25,770 nucleotides of DNA from a virus (taxonomy: Duplodnaviria; Caudoviricetes), in the IMG/VR virus record IMGVR_UViG_3300025035_000094, positions 1 through 25,770 of that record, one strand, 5' to 3'. Of the stretch, positions 8,839 through 16,724 are shown piece after piece; position 1 is the first letter of the stretch; every line of letters starts with the position of its first letter. Both the position numbers and the translations under genes were made by a program. The notes under the pieces were generated by a model. It was not told the DNA's origin. It saw only the letters and a list, made by a program, of their open reading frames with translations, and ran no database searches.

Positions 8839-9098
8839 CCCGGCGCCCCCTCAGGATTTCAGATCATGCCCTGGTCCGCTTCATGGAGCGCGGACTCGGG
8901 TGGGAGGTCGGCGAGGTGCGCCGGCTGCTGCGCGATATCCTGGCCAGCGACAGCGGCAGCAAGCACCGCCGCACGATCCGGTTCGACGGCCTCGACTACA
9001 TCATCGAGGGCGACATGCTGGTCACCGTCACCAAGCCGGCCGCGCGCAAGCCCCGCCACCAGGCCGACTACGCGCCCCGGGCAGGGCGCCTGAAATGA
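8835..9098 (+). CDS. hypothetical protein with 'SDHALVRFMER' motif (87 aa)
   Basis: GGAGG plus ATGA overlap at 8835; HAxxRxxER...LVTV pattern. Confidence 0.75.
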   Translation: MTRRPLRISDHALVRFMERGLGWEVGEVRRLLRDILASDSGSKHRRTIRFDGLDYIIEGDMLVTVTKPAARKPRHQADYAPRAGRLK

Positions 9099-9109
9099 CC
9101 GGCAGCGCG

Positions 9110-9556
9110 TCAGTTGGCGGGTTTCGGGGCATTCACTGCCCCTACCCTCGGGCATCCATTTCCACCGCTGGACCAGTACTCGAGCCATCTCCGTTTGTGC
9201 TGCACTTCCCGTGCCGAAGCTATGCCGCCAACCTTGACCCGAACGAGGGATCCGGAACCACGTCTTTCGATACGCACCAGCGAATAATGGGTCGGGACCA
9301 TTGCACTCTCGCCATGGTAGACCTCACCATAGCCGAGGTCTGGGTAGAGCTGACCTTCAACCCTTGCGGAGCTGATGATGATCGACCCGCCGCCCCAGCA
9401 GGCCCGTGTTGCGTCGAGGACCTCGGCGTAGACGGCCTGGTAGTTCATCCTAAGCGGAAACTCGTTGTCGAATGGCCTGGCGGAGAAATCGGATCCGGAC
9501 TCGCAGGCCGTGAGGGCGACAATTGCGAGAGTGGCCAGCGCGGTGGAACGTTTCAT
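9110..9556 (-). CDS. lipoprotein (148 aa), accessory gene on the opposite strand
   Basis: MKRSTALATLAIVALTA-C lipobox; occupies a gap with no credible + strand gene. Confidence 0.85.
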   Translation of the reverse strand: MKRSTALATLAIVALTACESGSDFSARPFDNEFPLRMNYQAVYAEVLDATRACWGGGSIIISSARVEGQLYPDLGYGEVYHGESAMVPTHYSLVRIERRGSGSLVRVKVGGIASAREVQHKRRWLEYWSSGGNGCPRVGAVNAPKPAN

Positions 9557-9616
9557 ATTCTTTATCGCTACTCCGGCGGCATCGCCGCCTTACCAGCCTT
9601 CGCCGTCTATTTGCCG

Positions 9617-9641
9617 ACGTCAAGAGCGGAATGCTTGACGT
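9617..9641. promoter_or_regulatory. inverted repeat giving back-to-back TTGACG -35 boxes (divergent promoters/operator)
   Basis: ACGTCAAG-N9-CTTGACGT between the divergent lipoprotein and antirepressor units; -10 boxes not clear. Confidence 0.55.
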
Positions 9642-9733
9642 TCCGTGCGAACTGGCCCACGGTATTTGAGTCCGCAAGTGGTGTCGAAGCCGCGCGCAGG
9701 ATGTACCTACCAAAGGCGGTTACGCCCCGAGAC

Positions 9734-9757
9734 GGTGCCTCATCAGAGGTGTTTTTT
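9734..9757 (+). terminator. intrinsic terminator/attenuator in the antirepressor leader
   Basis: GGTGCCTC-atca-GAGGTGTT stem (several G-U pairs) running into T6. Confidence 0.55.
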
Positions 9758-9845
9758 CTCCCGGGTGTTAACGGGCGCGTATGTCCAGGGCTTCGGCCTA
9801 AAGGCGCCCACCTGACCTTTGGCAGGTTCTTCGACCACCCGGGGG
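9758..9845 (+). ncRNA. c4/CI-like antisense RNA
   Basis: Closing stem 9758-9767/9836-9845; arm GGGCGC/GCGCCC with C(UUCG)G loop; arm ACCTG/CAGGT with loop ACCTTTGG; unpaired CTTCGAC; complementary targets up- and downstream. Confidence 0.8.
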
Positions 9846-9878
9846 GCATCGTTCCCCGCGTAACCAAAGGAGAAGACC

Positions 9879-10520
9879 ATGTCTCAAGACAAAGGCGATC
9901 TGCCCAGCATCATCGACATTCAGGAAGGTGCCCGATTGTTGCCGGGACGTCCTCAGTTCTGGACGTCATATACAATGGCGGATTTCTATCAAACGACGCC
10001 CAAGAGGGTTGTGGAGCAGCTCCGGCGCAATCCGAGGCGCTTTCCGGCAGACTTCTGGTTCGATCTGAGGAAAGACGAAACAGATGCTTTGGTGCCGCAT
10101 TTTGCGGCACCAAACAGGTTGAACCGGGGCGTTCTCGTGGGCTTTACTCGTGCGGGAGTTCTCGCCTTGGCGACGGTACTGCGGACGCCAGTTGCCGACG
10201 CAGTTTCCGTGCAGATCATCCGCGCCTTCATCGCTATGGAGGCTGCACAGTTGGCCGACGTGACCTTTCTGCTCCAGAAGGTTCAGTCCGATGCGCGCAA
10301 TCGCAGGCCGGTCCGGGCGCGCATCGTGGATGCGGCGCGGGACGGCTGGGACTTCGACAAGCTGAAGAGCACGGTATCGCTGTCGAGGCCGAAGCTGGCC
10401 AAGGAGGTCCACGATTGCGTGACGCTTGGGCTGATCGCGGAGCTCCTGCCGGGCACGCCTGCCCGGCCCGGGGTCCGTTGGGGCAACCCGGATCAGGGCA
10501 ACCTGTTCGGGGAGGGCTGA
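9879..10520 (+). CDS. ORF6N (KilA-N-like) domain antirepressor-type protein (213 aa)
   Basis: 'MADFYQTTPKRVVEQLRRNPRRFPADFWFDL...GFTRAGVLALATVLRTPVA..VSVQIIRAF'; AAAGGAGA RBS. Confidence 0.88.
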   Translation: MSQDKGDLPSIIDIQEGARLLPGRPQFWTSYTMADFYQTTPKRVVEQLRRNPRRFPADFWFDLRKDETDALVPHFAAPNRLNRGVLVGFTRAGVLALATVLRTPVADAVSVQIIRAFIAMEAAQLADVTFLLQKVQSDARNRRPVRARIVDAARDGWDFDKLKSTVSLSRPKLAKEVHDCVTLGLIAELLPGTPARPGVRWGNPDQGNLFGEG

Positions 10521-10523
10521 GGC

Positions 10524-10781
10524 ATGACCGACAGTATCGCCGAGTGCTTCGACGAGGCCCTGAAACTGTACCATGCGATCCGTGTGGAGATGGCGTTCCA
10601 CTCGGCGGAAGCCGCCCAGCACGCCCTGATCGCCTGCCTCAGCGAGCTGCTCGCGCCCGAGTGCAGGAATATCCGGGATGTCCGGGTGAGGGCGGAATGG
10701 GTCTCGCTAAGAGTCGAAGCGAGGCTGATGGCGGACCTCGAAAGCGACACCGGGCCAGGGGAGATCGTCGGCCATGCGTGA
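10524..10781 (+). CDS. hypothetical protein (85 aa)
   Basis: Starts 3 nt after the ORF6N stop; overlaps the next gene. Confidence 0.7.
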   Translation: MTDSIAECFDEALKLYHAIRVEMAFHSAEAAQHALIACLSELLAPECRNIRDVRVRAEWVSLRVEARLMADLESDTGPGEIVGHA

Positions 10782-10962
10782 TCCCGATCCGCGCGACGAG
10801 ATCTTCGCCGCGGCAGAGGCTTTGCGGGGTCTCTGCATCATCGCCAACGAGGCCGCGCCGCACAGCGAAAGCGCCTGCCTGTTCGCGCCGATCCTGTCGG
10901 TCATCAACGACCGGCTCGGCCCGGCGGCCGACCGCATCATCCACTTCCGCCCGCCGGAGTGA
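10774..10962 (+). CDS. hypothetical protein (62 aa)
   Basis: GGAG RBS, GC3-rich codons, operon packing. Confidence 0.65.
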   Translation: MRDPDPRDEIFAAAEALRGLCIIANEAAPHSESACLFAPILSVINDRLGPAADRIIHFRPPE

Positions 10963-10995
10963 TCCGGCCCATGCGGCCCCTGTCACGGGGGCCGC

Positions 10996-11574
10996 ATGAC
11001 CGAGCCCTGGACCTTCGATCCGCTTGTGCCGATGAAGTACGGGGCGATCCTTGCCGACCCGCCCTGGGACACCAGGATGCGGTCGGCGAGGGGATATGCC
11101 AAATCGCCCGAGGCGCATTACGACACGATGACCGAGGCGGAGCTTTGCTCCCTGCCGGTCGGTCACCTGGCGGGTCCGGACTGCATGCTGTTCCTGTGGG
11201 CGCGGTTCTGCGACCTGCCGCGTGCGCTGCGGGTGATGCAGGCGTGGGGGTTCACGTACAAGACCGGCGGGCCGTGGGTCAAGCAGACCAGCACCGGCAA
11301 GCTGACATTCGGCACCGGCTACATTCTGCGCGACTGTGCCGAGCTGTTCCTGGTCGGCACGATCGGGGAACCGGCCGTCGGGTCGCGTTCGGTGCGCAAC
11401 GCGATCCTGTCGCTGCGCCGGGAACATTCCCGCAAGCCCCCCGAACTGCGCGCCATGATCGAAACGCTGCGCCCGCGCTCGCACCTTTGCGAGCTGTTCG
11501 CCCGCGAGCCGTGGCCGGGGTATGAGGTCTGGGGCGATCAGACGGACAGGTTCGCCGGAGATCGGGTATCATGA
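10996..11574 (+). CDS. MT-A70 family N6-adenine methyltransferase (192 aa)
   Basis: 'YGAILADPPW', 'HYDTM', 'LFLW', 'AWGFTYK', 'GTGYILR', 'REHSRKP', 'ELFAR...WGDQ'. Confidence 0.93.
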   Translation: MTEPWTFDPLVPMKYGAILADPPWDTRMRSARGYAKSPEAHYDTMTEAELCSLPVGHLAGPDCMLFLWARFCDLPRALRVMQAWGFTYKTGGPWVKQTSTGKLTFGTGYILRDCAELFLVGTIGEPAVGSRSVRNAILSLRREHSRKPPELRAMIETLRPRSHLCELFAREPWPGYEVWGDQTDRFAGDRVS

Positions 11575-11939
11575 CCGACCTGCCGCGCCCGCCCGCGCAT
11601 ATCGCGCTGCTGACCGATCTGATCGGTGTCGACAAGACGCTCGACCTGCTGCTCGGCATGGGCGGGGCCGAGCTGGTGATCCCGGCGCGCCCGACCAGGC
11701 GGTCGCGGCTGGTCCGGACCATCGGGATCGACGCCGCGACGGTGCTTTCCAGGAATGCCGGGCGGCTGCCGCGTCAATGTCCGCTGGGCAAGCCGTGGGT
11801 CGCGCGGACGCTCCATTCACGAGGCTTGCCCGCCGCGGAAATCGCGCGCAGACTGCATGTCACCGAGGCGACGGTCTGGCGCTATCTGGGGCTCTCCCCG
11901 AGCCGCCGCCCTGACCCCCGGCAACTGCCCCTGATCTGA
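11571..11939 (+). CDS. Mor/C-like late transcription activator (122 aa)
   Basis: 'LIGVDKTLDLLLGMGGAELVIP' dimerisation region plus C-terminal HTH; sits just before the lysis genes. Confidence 0.85.
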   Translation: MTDLPRPPAHIALLTDLIGVDKTLDLLLGMGGAELVIPARPTRRSRLVRTIGIDAATVLSRNAGRLPRQCPLGKPWVARTLHSRGLPAAEIARRLHVTEATVWRYLGLSPSRRPDPRQLPLI

Positions 11940-11989
11940 TCCCTATCACCCGATAGGGTGATCTGTTGCCCGGCGATGGGCGATGCTGG
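11938..11989 (+). promoter_or_regulatory. late promoter copy 1 (Plys equivalent)
   Basis: GATCCCTATCACCCGATAGGGTGA-N18-GCGATGCTGG; second copy at 21359. Confidence 0.8.
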
Positions 11990-12030
11990 GGCCGTGCCGG
12001 GCGCCCACCGGCCCAGCCGGAGCCGTGCCC

Positions 12031-12948
12031 ATGACCATGACGACGAGCCCTTCGGGTATCGCTTTCCTCGAGCGCCACGAAGGCGTGGTCCTGAAGGCGT
12101 ACCGCGACCCGGTCGGCATCTGGACGATCGGCGCCGGTCTGACCAGGGCCAGCGGCGTGGTCGACCCGAGGGCCGGCATGCACCTGACCCGCGCGGCGGC
12201 GACCGAGCTGTTGCTGAAGGCGCTGGCGCGGAACTACGAGCCCGCCGTCCGCACGGCGATGCCGGACGCGGAGCAGCACGCGTTCGACGGCGGCGTCAGC
12301 TTTCACTGGAACACCGGCAAGATCGGGTCCGCCAGCTGGGTCCGGTCGTGGACCGAGCGGGACTGGCCCGAGGTCGAGCGCCGCCTGAAGCTGTGGAACA
12401 AGGCGGGCGGCCGGGTGCTGAAGGGCCTGGAGCGCCGGCGGGGCGAGGAATTCGAGCTGATCCGGTATGCCTTTTACGGAGCCGAGAGCATCGCGGCCCC
12501 CGAGGCCGGGCTTGCCCGCGTCGTCATCCCGCTGTCGACAGGCCTGCGCAAGCAGATGCACCGGGACTTCGCCGCGCTGGGCTATGACATGGGCAGCCAG
12601 CCGGGCGGGTTCCTCGACGCCGTGGTGCGCGACTTTCAGCGCGATCACGACCTGACCGTCGACGGGATCGTCGGGCGCGCGACGCAGGCGACCCTGCAAC
12701 GCATGATCGACGCCCGCGCCAGGGCCCCGGCCGAATCCGGTCTGGCCGCGACGGGCGTTGCCGTGACCGGCGGGGTCGAGGTCACGGACGCCTTCGACGC
12801 CCTGCCCATGGGCGAGATGCTGGCCGTCGCCCCGGCGCTGGCGGGCGCCCTGCGCGCCCTGTGGGTGGCCTGGCACTACCGAGACGCCATCGCCACCCTG
12901 ATCGCACCGAAGCTGCCGGGTCTGGCGGCGCATCTGAGGAGTTACTGA
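12031..12948 (+). CDS. endolysin: GH24 lysozyme, peptidoglycan-binding domain, hydrophobic C-terminus (305 aa)
   Basis: E-x8-D-x5-T triad (HEGVVLKAYRDPVGIWT); 'VRDFQRDHDLTVDGIVGRAT'; GGAG 8 nt before ATG 12031. Confidence 0.93.
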   Translation: MTMTTSPSGIAFLERHEGVVLKAYRDPVGIWTIGAGLTRASGVVDPRAGMHLTRAAATELLLKALARNYEPAVRTAMPDAEQHAFDGGVSFHWNTGKIGSASWVRSWTERDWPEVERRLKLWNKAGGRVLKGLERRRGEEFELIRYAFYGAESIAAPEAGLARVVIPLSTGLRKQMHRDFAALGYDMGSQPGGFLDAVVRDFQRDHDLTVDGIVGRATQATLQRMIDARARAPAESGLAATGVAVTGGVEVTDAFDALPMGEMLAVAPALAGALRALWVAWHYRDAIATLIAPKLPGLAAHLRSY

Positions 12949-13460
12949 TGTCTGCAACCCTGATCAGCCTTGCCGCCGGGATCGGCGCCCCGATGATCGA
13001 GCGCATCCTGCGCGACCAGATCGGCGGAAAGGGCGGCGCCCTGGCCGCCGATGTGATCGGCAAGATCGCCGCGGCGGCCGGTGTGCCCCGCGCCGAATTG
13101 CCGTCCTACGCCACCGATCACCCCGAGACGGTGGAGGAAGCGATCCGCGAGGTCGAGGCCTGGGCGCCCGAGCTGATCGCGCTCTATGCGCAGGGCGTGC
13201 AGCGACAGTTCGACCTGCTGGCCGCCGAAAAGGGCGAAGCCTGGTGGGCCTGGGCCTGGCGCCCGGCCACCTGCTGGTTGATCGCTGTGTTCTGGGCCTA
13301 CACGATCATCGCGCATCCGCTTCTGACGACGCTGGCCGGGGTCGGCCTGCCGCCGGTTCCGGTGGACGGGCTGATCTGGCTGACGACGGGGTATCTCGGG
13401 CTCTACATGGGCGGGCACACGGTCAAGGATCTGGCGGCGAAACGATGGGGTGGCGCGTGA
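12948..13460 (+). CDS. 3TM-type holin (GTA-release holin-like, 170 aa)
   Basis: TGATG coupling; 'WAWRPATCW' plus two C-terminal hydrophobic helices, 'YLGLYMGGHTVK'. Confidence 0.8.
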   Translation: MSATLISLAAGIGAPMIERILRDQIGGKGGALAADVIGKIAAAAGVPRAELPSYATDHPETVEEAIREVEAWAPELIALYAQGVQRQFDLLAAEKGEAWWAWAWRPATCWLIAVFWAYTIIAHPLLTTLAGVGLPPVPVDGLIWLTTGYLGLYMGGHTVKDLAAKRWGGA

Positions 13461-13795
13461 CGGACCTGCCATTCGAAGCCATTGTCGCCGTCGCCGCCGG
13501 GCTGCTCACCCTGATCGGCCTCGGCACGGCGCTGTACCGGATCTTCACCGGCAAGGCCGAGGCCAATGCCGCGCGCATCGACCTGTTGGAAAAGCGGGTG
13601 GACAAGCTGGAGGCTTCCACGGCCGCCGCTCCGGGGAGCGCAGATATCCACGCGCTTCACATCGCGTTGACGGCGATGAGCGGTGACCTGAAGGAGATGC
13701 GCGCGACGATGCGGGGTTCGGCCGACATTCTGACCCGGCTCGAAAACATCGTCTCGCGACACGAAGAACACCTGCTCGGAGGGGCCAAGCGATGA
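13457..13795 (+). CDS. DUF2730 family (Mu gp25-like) membrane-anchored coiled-coil protein (112 aa)
   Basis: GTGA overlap; N-terminal TM segment, coiled coil, 'DIHALHIAL..MSGDL...RHEEHLL'. Confidence 0.8.
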   Translation: MTDLPFEAIVAVAAGLLTLIGLGTALYRIFTGKAEANAARIDLLEKRVDKLEASTAAAPGSADIHALHIALTAMSGDLKEMRATMRGSADILTRLENIVSRHEEHLLGGAKR

Positions 13796-14091
13796 GCGAC
13801 TATGCCGAAACCCTGCGCAAGCACCGTCGCCTCGCGATCCTGCGGCACCTGGAGGCGGTACCCGACTACACCGGAAACGCCTCGATCCTGCAGAGCGTGC
13901 TGGCGGGCCTCGGCCTGAGCACGCAGCGCGACCAGATCGTGACCGATCTGGTCTGGCTTCAGGACAATGGCTTTGTCCGGCTTGCCAGCCATGGGGACTT
14001 CACGATCGTGACCGCGACGCAGTCCGGTGTCGAGATCGCGCGCGGCATCGCCACCCATCCGGGCATCCAGCGCCCGGGCCCGAGGCGCTGA
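13792..14091 (+). CDS. Mu gp26-like wHTH protein (99 aa)
   Basis: 'HRRLAILRHL...YTGNASIL...RDQIVTDLVWLQDNGFV...GVEIARG....PGIQRP'. Confidence 0.85.
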   Translation: MSDYAETLRKHRRLAILRHLEAVPDYTGNASILQSVLAGLGLSTQRDQIVTDLVWLQDNGFVRLASHGDFTIVTATQSGVEIARGIATHPGIQRPGPRR

Positions 14092-14094
14092 CCG

Positions 14095-14631
14095 ATGCCC
14101 CCGCCCCGCAAGATCGACCTGCTGCCCGCCGAGCTGCGGCGCTGGCTGGAGGAAGAGCTGAAGAAGCGGGGTTTCTCGGGCTACGAGCAGCTGGCCGAGG
14201 ATCTGGCTTTCCGCTGCGAGGACGAGGGTTTGGAACTGCGCATCGGCAAGAGCGCGATCCATGCCTACGGTCAGGAATTCAAGGACTATGCCCGTCTGCA
14301 GGAAGAGACGCAGGCACAGATCCGGTCCTTCCTCGAAGAGGCTTCGCTTTCTGACGAGGCGCAGGTCACCAAGGCGCTGTTCCAGCAGCTGACCGCGATC
14401 CAGTGGAAGCTGCAGATGGCGATGTCGGACGGAGAGAATCTGCCGGATCCGCGCGGCATCAAGGACCTGACCACCGCCTTGAACAACCTGATCCGCTCGA
14501 CCTCGCTGCGCGACGCCATCGAGAAGGCATATCGCGCGACGCTGGTGGAAAGGCTCGACGCCGCCGTCGAGACCGGAGACCTGGACGCGCTGGCCCGCGA
14601 AAAGGCGCGCCAGATCATGGGCTTTAGCTGA
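14095..14631 (+). CDS. terS: terminase small subunit (Mu gp27/DUF3486 family)
   Basis: 'RKIDLLPAELRRWLEEEL...IGKSAIHAYG'; position in the head module. Confidence 0.88.
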   Translation: MPPPRKIDLLPAELRRWLEEELKKRGFSGYEQLAEDLAFRCEDEGLELRIGKSAIHAYGQEFKDYARLQEETQAQIRSFLEEASLSDEAQVTKALFQQLTAIQWKLQMAMSDGENLPDPRGIKDLTTALNNLIRSTSLRDAIEKAYRATLVERLDAAVETGDLDALAREKARQIMGFS

Positions 14632-14644
14632 GGAACCGACACAG

Positions 14645-15124
14645 ATGGCCGAAACCCGCTTTACCACCGCCGATGCCGTGGCGATCTCGTCCGACACGCC
14701 CGACCGCCTGCTCGAAATCCGGGGCGGCAGAGTCCGCCTGACCCATGTCCTGGGCGGCGACGCGGCGGACGATCCGCGCCTGGTCCTGCGGGATGGCGAC
14801 ACCGCGACCCTGCATGGCGGGCAGACCTATTCGCTGACCCCGCTGGGCCAGCCCGCCGCGATGACCTATGAACTGGGCCCGGTGCTGGAACTGGTCGACC
14901 GCCCGCTGGGCGAGTACTCCCGCGTCATCACGGTCACGCCGGACGACGACGCGGATCTGCCGGTGCATGGCGCGGGCTTTCCCTGCACCGCGGCGGGAAA
15001 CCTGCATTTCATCTCGACCGGGGGCGACGAGGACACGCTTGCCGTGACGCTGGGCCAGTATCTGCCGATCGGCATCGCGCGCGTCCTCGCGGACTCGACC
15101 GCGACCGTCCGCATTCTGCGCTGA
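14645..15124 (+). CDS. beta-rich virion protein; C-terminal half resembles the RcGTA head-spike base protein (159 aa)
   Basis: GAGGA RBS; 'ITVTPDDDADLP...TAAGNL...GG...TLAV..GQYLPI...RVLA.STAT'. Confidence 0.65.
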   Translation: MAETRFTTADAVAISSDTPDRLLEIRGGRVRLTHVLGGDAADDPRLVLRDGDTATLHGGQTYSLTPLGQPAAMTYELGPVLELVDRPLGEYSRVITVTPDDDADLPVHGAGFPCTAAGNLHFISTGGDEDTLAVTLGQYLPIGIARVLADSTATVRILR

Positions 15125-15129
15125 CGCGC

Positions 15130-16572
15130 ATGGCCCAGTCGGTCATCAATTTCCTGCCCTACCAGCGCGACTGGATCGCGGACGGGAGCCGGTTCAAGAT
15201 CGGGATGTTCGCGCGGCAGACCGGCAAGACCTTCTCGACGGGCGGCGAATGTGTGGACGACTGCTTTCGCGGATGGGCCGAGGACCGTCGCGCCCGCTGG
15301 GTCGTTCTGAGCCGGGGCGAACGCCAGGCCGCCGAGATGATGACCGAGGTGGTCAAGCCGTTCACCAGGGCGTTCTTCGAGGTTTACAACACCCTTTTAA
15401 GGGGCGGTGAACCCCGCTTTGAAGAGTCCGAGTTCCGCGCGCCGCAGGAGCGGGGACCCGATGCCGTCTACAAGGCGATGGAGGTGACATTTCCGAACGG
15501 CAGCCGGATCACGGCGCTGCCCGCGAACCCGGACACGGCGCGCGGCTTCAGCGCCAATGTGATCCTCGACGAGTTCGCCTTCCACGCCAAAAGCCGCGAG
15601 ATCTGGGCCGCGCTTTTCCCGGTCATCTCGAAGGGCGGGCAGAAGCTGCGGGTGATCAGCACCCCGAATCGCAAGGGCAACAAGTTCTTCGAGCTGATGA
15701 CGGCCGAGGATTCTGTCTGGTCGCGCCATGTCGTTGATATCCATGAGGCGGTGCGCCAGGGCCTCGACCGCGACATCGACATGCTGCGGGCGGGAATGGC
15801 GGACGAGGATGCCTGGGCGCAGGAATACGAGCTGAAGTGGCTCGACGAGGCCTCGGCCTGGCTCGACTACGACCTGATCGGCGCGGTGGAGCATCCCGAC
15901 GCCGGGCAGCGTGAGGGCTACACCGGCGGCCCCTGCTTTGTAGGCGTCGACATCGCCGCGCGCAACGACCTGTTCGTGATCTGGGTCAAGGAGCAGGTCG
16001 GCGACGTGCTCTGGACGCGCGAGATCGTCGCGGAACGCCGGATCAGCTTTGCCGAGCAGGATGCGCTGCTGGCCGAGGTGTTCCTGCACTACCGCGTGGT
16101 CGCCTGCGCGATGGACCAGACCGGCATGGGCGAGAAGCCGGTGGAGGATGCCAAGCGGAACCACGGTCAGATCCGGGTGCAGGGCGTGCTGTTCACCGGC
16201 CCGGCAAAGCTCGACCTGGCGACCACGGTCAAGGAGTCTTTCCAGGACCGCCGCGAACGGATCCCGGCGGGCGACCCGGTGCTGCGCGCCGATCTGCACG
16301 CGATCAAGTCGGTCGTCGGCGTCACCGGCATCCGTCGCCTGATCGCCGATGGCGAGACCGACGGCCACGCTGACCGGTTTTGGGCTGGGGCTCTGGCCAC
16401 CTCGGCCGCCCGGTCGGGGATCACGGAATACGATTATCGCCCCGCCGCGGCCCCGCGCGGCGACGCATTCGGCGGCGGTGCGAGCGGATGGCGCGACACG
16501 CCCGACGATCCCGGGTCCACGCGCAACTGGTGGAATCCGCCGGTCGGGTCCGGCCTGAGAGGCGGGTTCTGA
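15130..16572 (+). CDS. terL: terminase large subunit (Mu gp28-like, 480 aa)
   Basis: 'LPYQRDWI', Walker A ARQTGKT, Walker B VILDEFAFH, STP motif, nuclease 'VGVDIA' and 'GHADRFWA'. Confidence 0.95.
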   Translation: MAQSVINFLPYQRDWIADGSRFKIGMFARQTGKTFSTGGECVDDCFRGWAEDRRARWVVLSRGERQAAEMMTEVVKPFTRAFFEVYNTLLRGGEPRFEESEFRAPQERGPDAVYKAMEVTFPNGSRITALPANPDTARGFSANVILDEFAFHAKSREIWAALFPVISKGGQKLRVISTPNRKGNKFFELMTAEDSVWSRHVVDIHEAVRQGLDRDIDMLRAGMADEDAWAQEYELKWLDEASAWLDYDLIGAVEHPDAGQREGYTGGPCFVGVDIAARNDLFVIWVKEQVGDVLWTREIVAERRISFAEQDALLAEVFLHYRVVACAMDQTGMGEKPVEDAKRNHGQIRVQGVLFTGPAKLDLATTVKESFQDRRERIPAGDPVLRADLHAIKSVVGVTGIRRLIADGETDGHADRFWAGALATSAARSGITEYDYRPAAAPRGDAFGGGASGWRDTPDDPGSTRNWWNPPVGSGLRGGF

Positions 16573-16600
16573 TGGTACTTCAAATCCACCCCTTGGGGCT

Positions 16601-16700
16601 GGGGGGCCAGGAGATGTGGAACCATCTCCCCGCACGGGGGATCGTTGGACCGAACCCCGCCGACCGGAAACACCTTAAGGCCGCCCCCACTGCACTGTGG
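16601..16700 (+). ncRNA. candidate structured leader RNA upstream of the DNA methylase
   Basis: Hairpins 16610-16629 and 16635-16659 enclosed by 16601-16608/16679-16687; further hairpin 16687-16700. Confidence 0.45.
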
Positions 16701-16724
16701 CGCGGAAGCATAGAGGCCAAGTTA

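Noticed and set aside
9758-9845. Branched RNA considered as a tRNA
   Set aside because: No T-loop/D-loop consensus in the right positions and no anticodon arm; antisense complementarities explain it better
8900-10999. 699-aa + strand ORF, including a possible leader starting at ATG 9701 through the c4-like RNA
   Set aside because: It overlaps the lipoprotein, the structured RNA and three better-supported genes in other frames; no recognisable domain; typical GC-rich stop-poor frame
11940-11958. Resemblance of the late-promoter dyad to tetO (TCCCTATCA half-site)
   Set aside because: Spacer between CTATC and GATAG is 4 nt rather than 3, there is no TetR gene, and the positions fit Mu-type late promoters better
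15391-15404. AT-rich near-palindrome ACCCTTTTAAGGGG within terL, considered as a frameshift or CtrA site
   Set aside because: Not an in-frame X XXY YYZ heptamer, only one TTAA half-site, and the terL frame is intact
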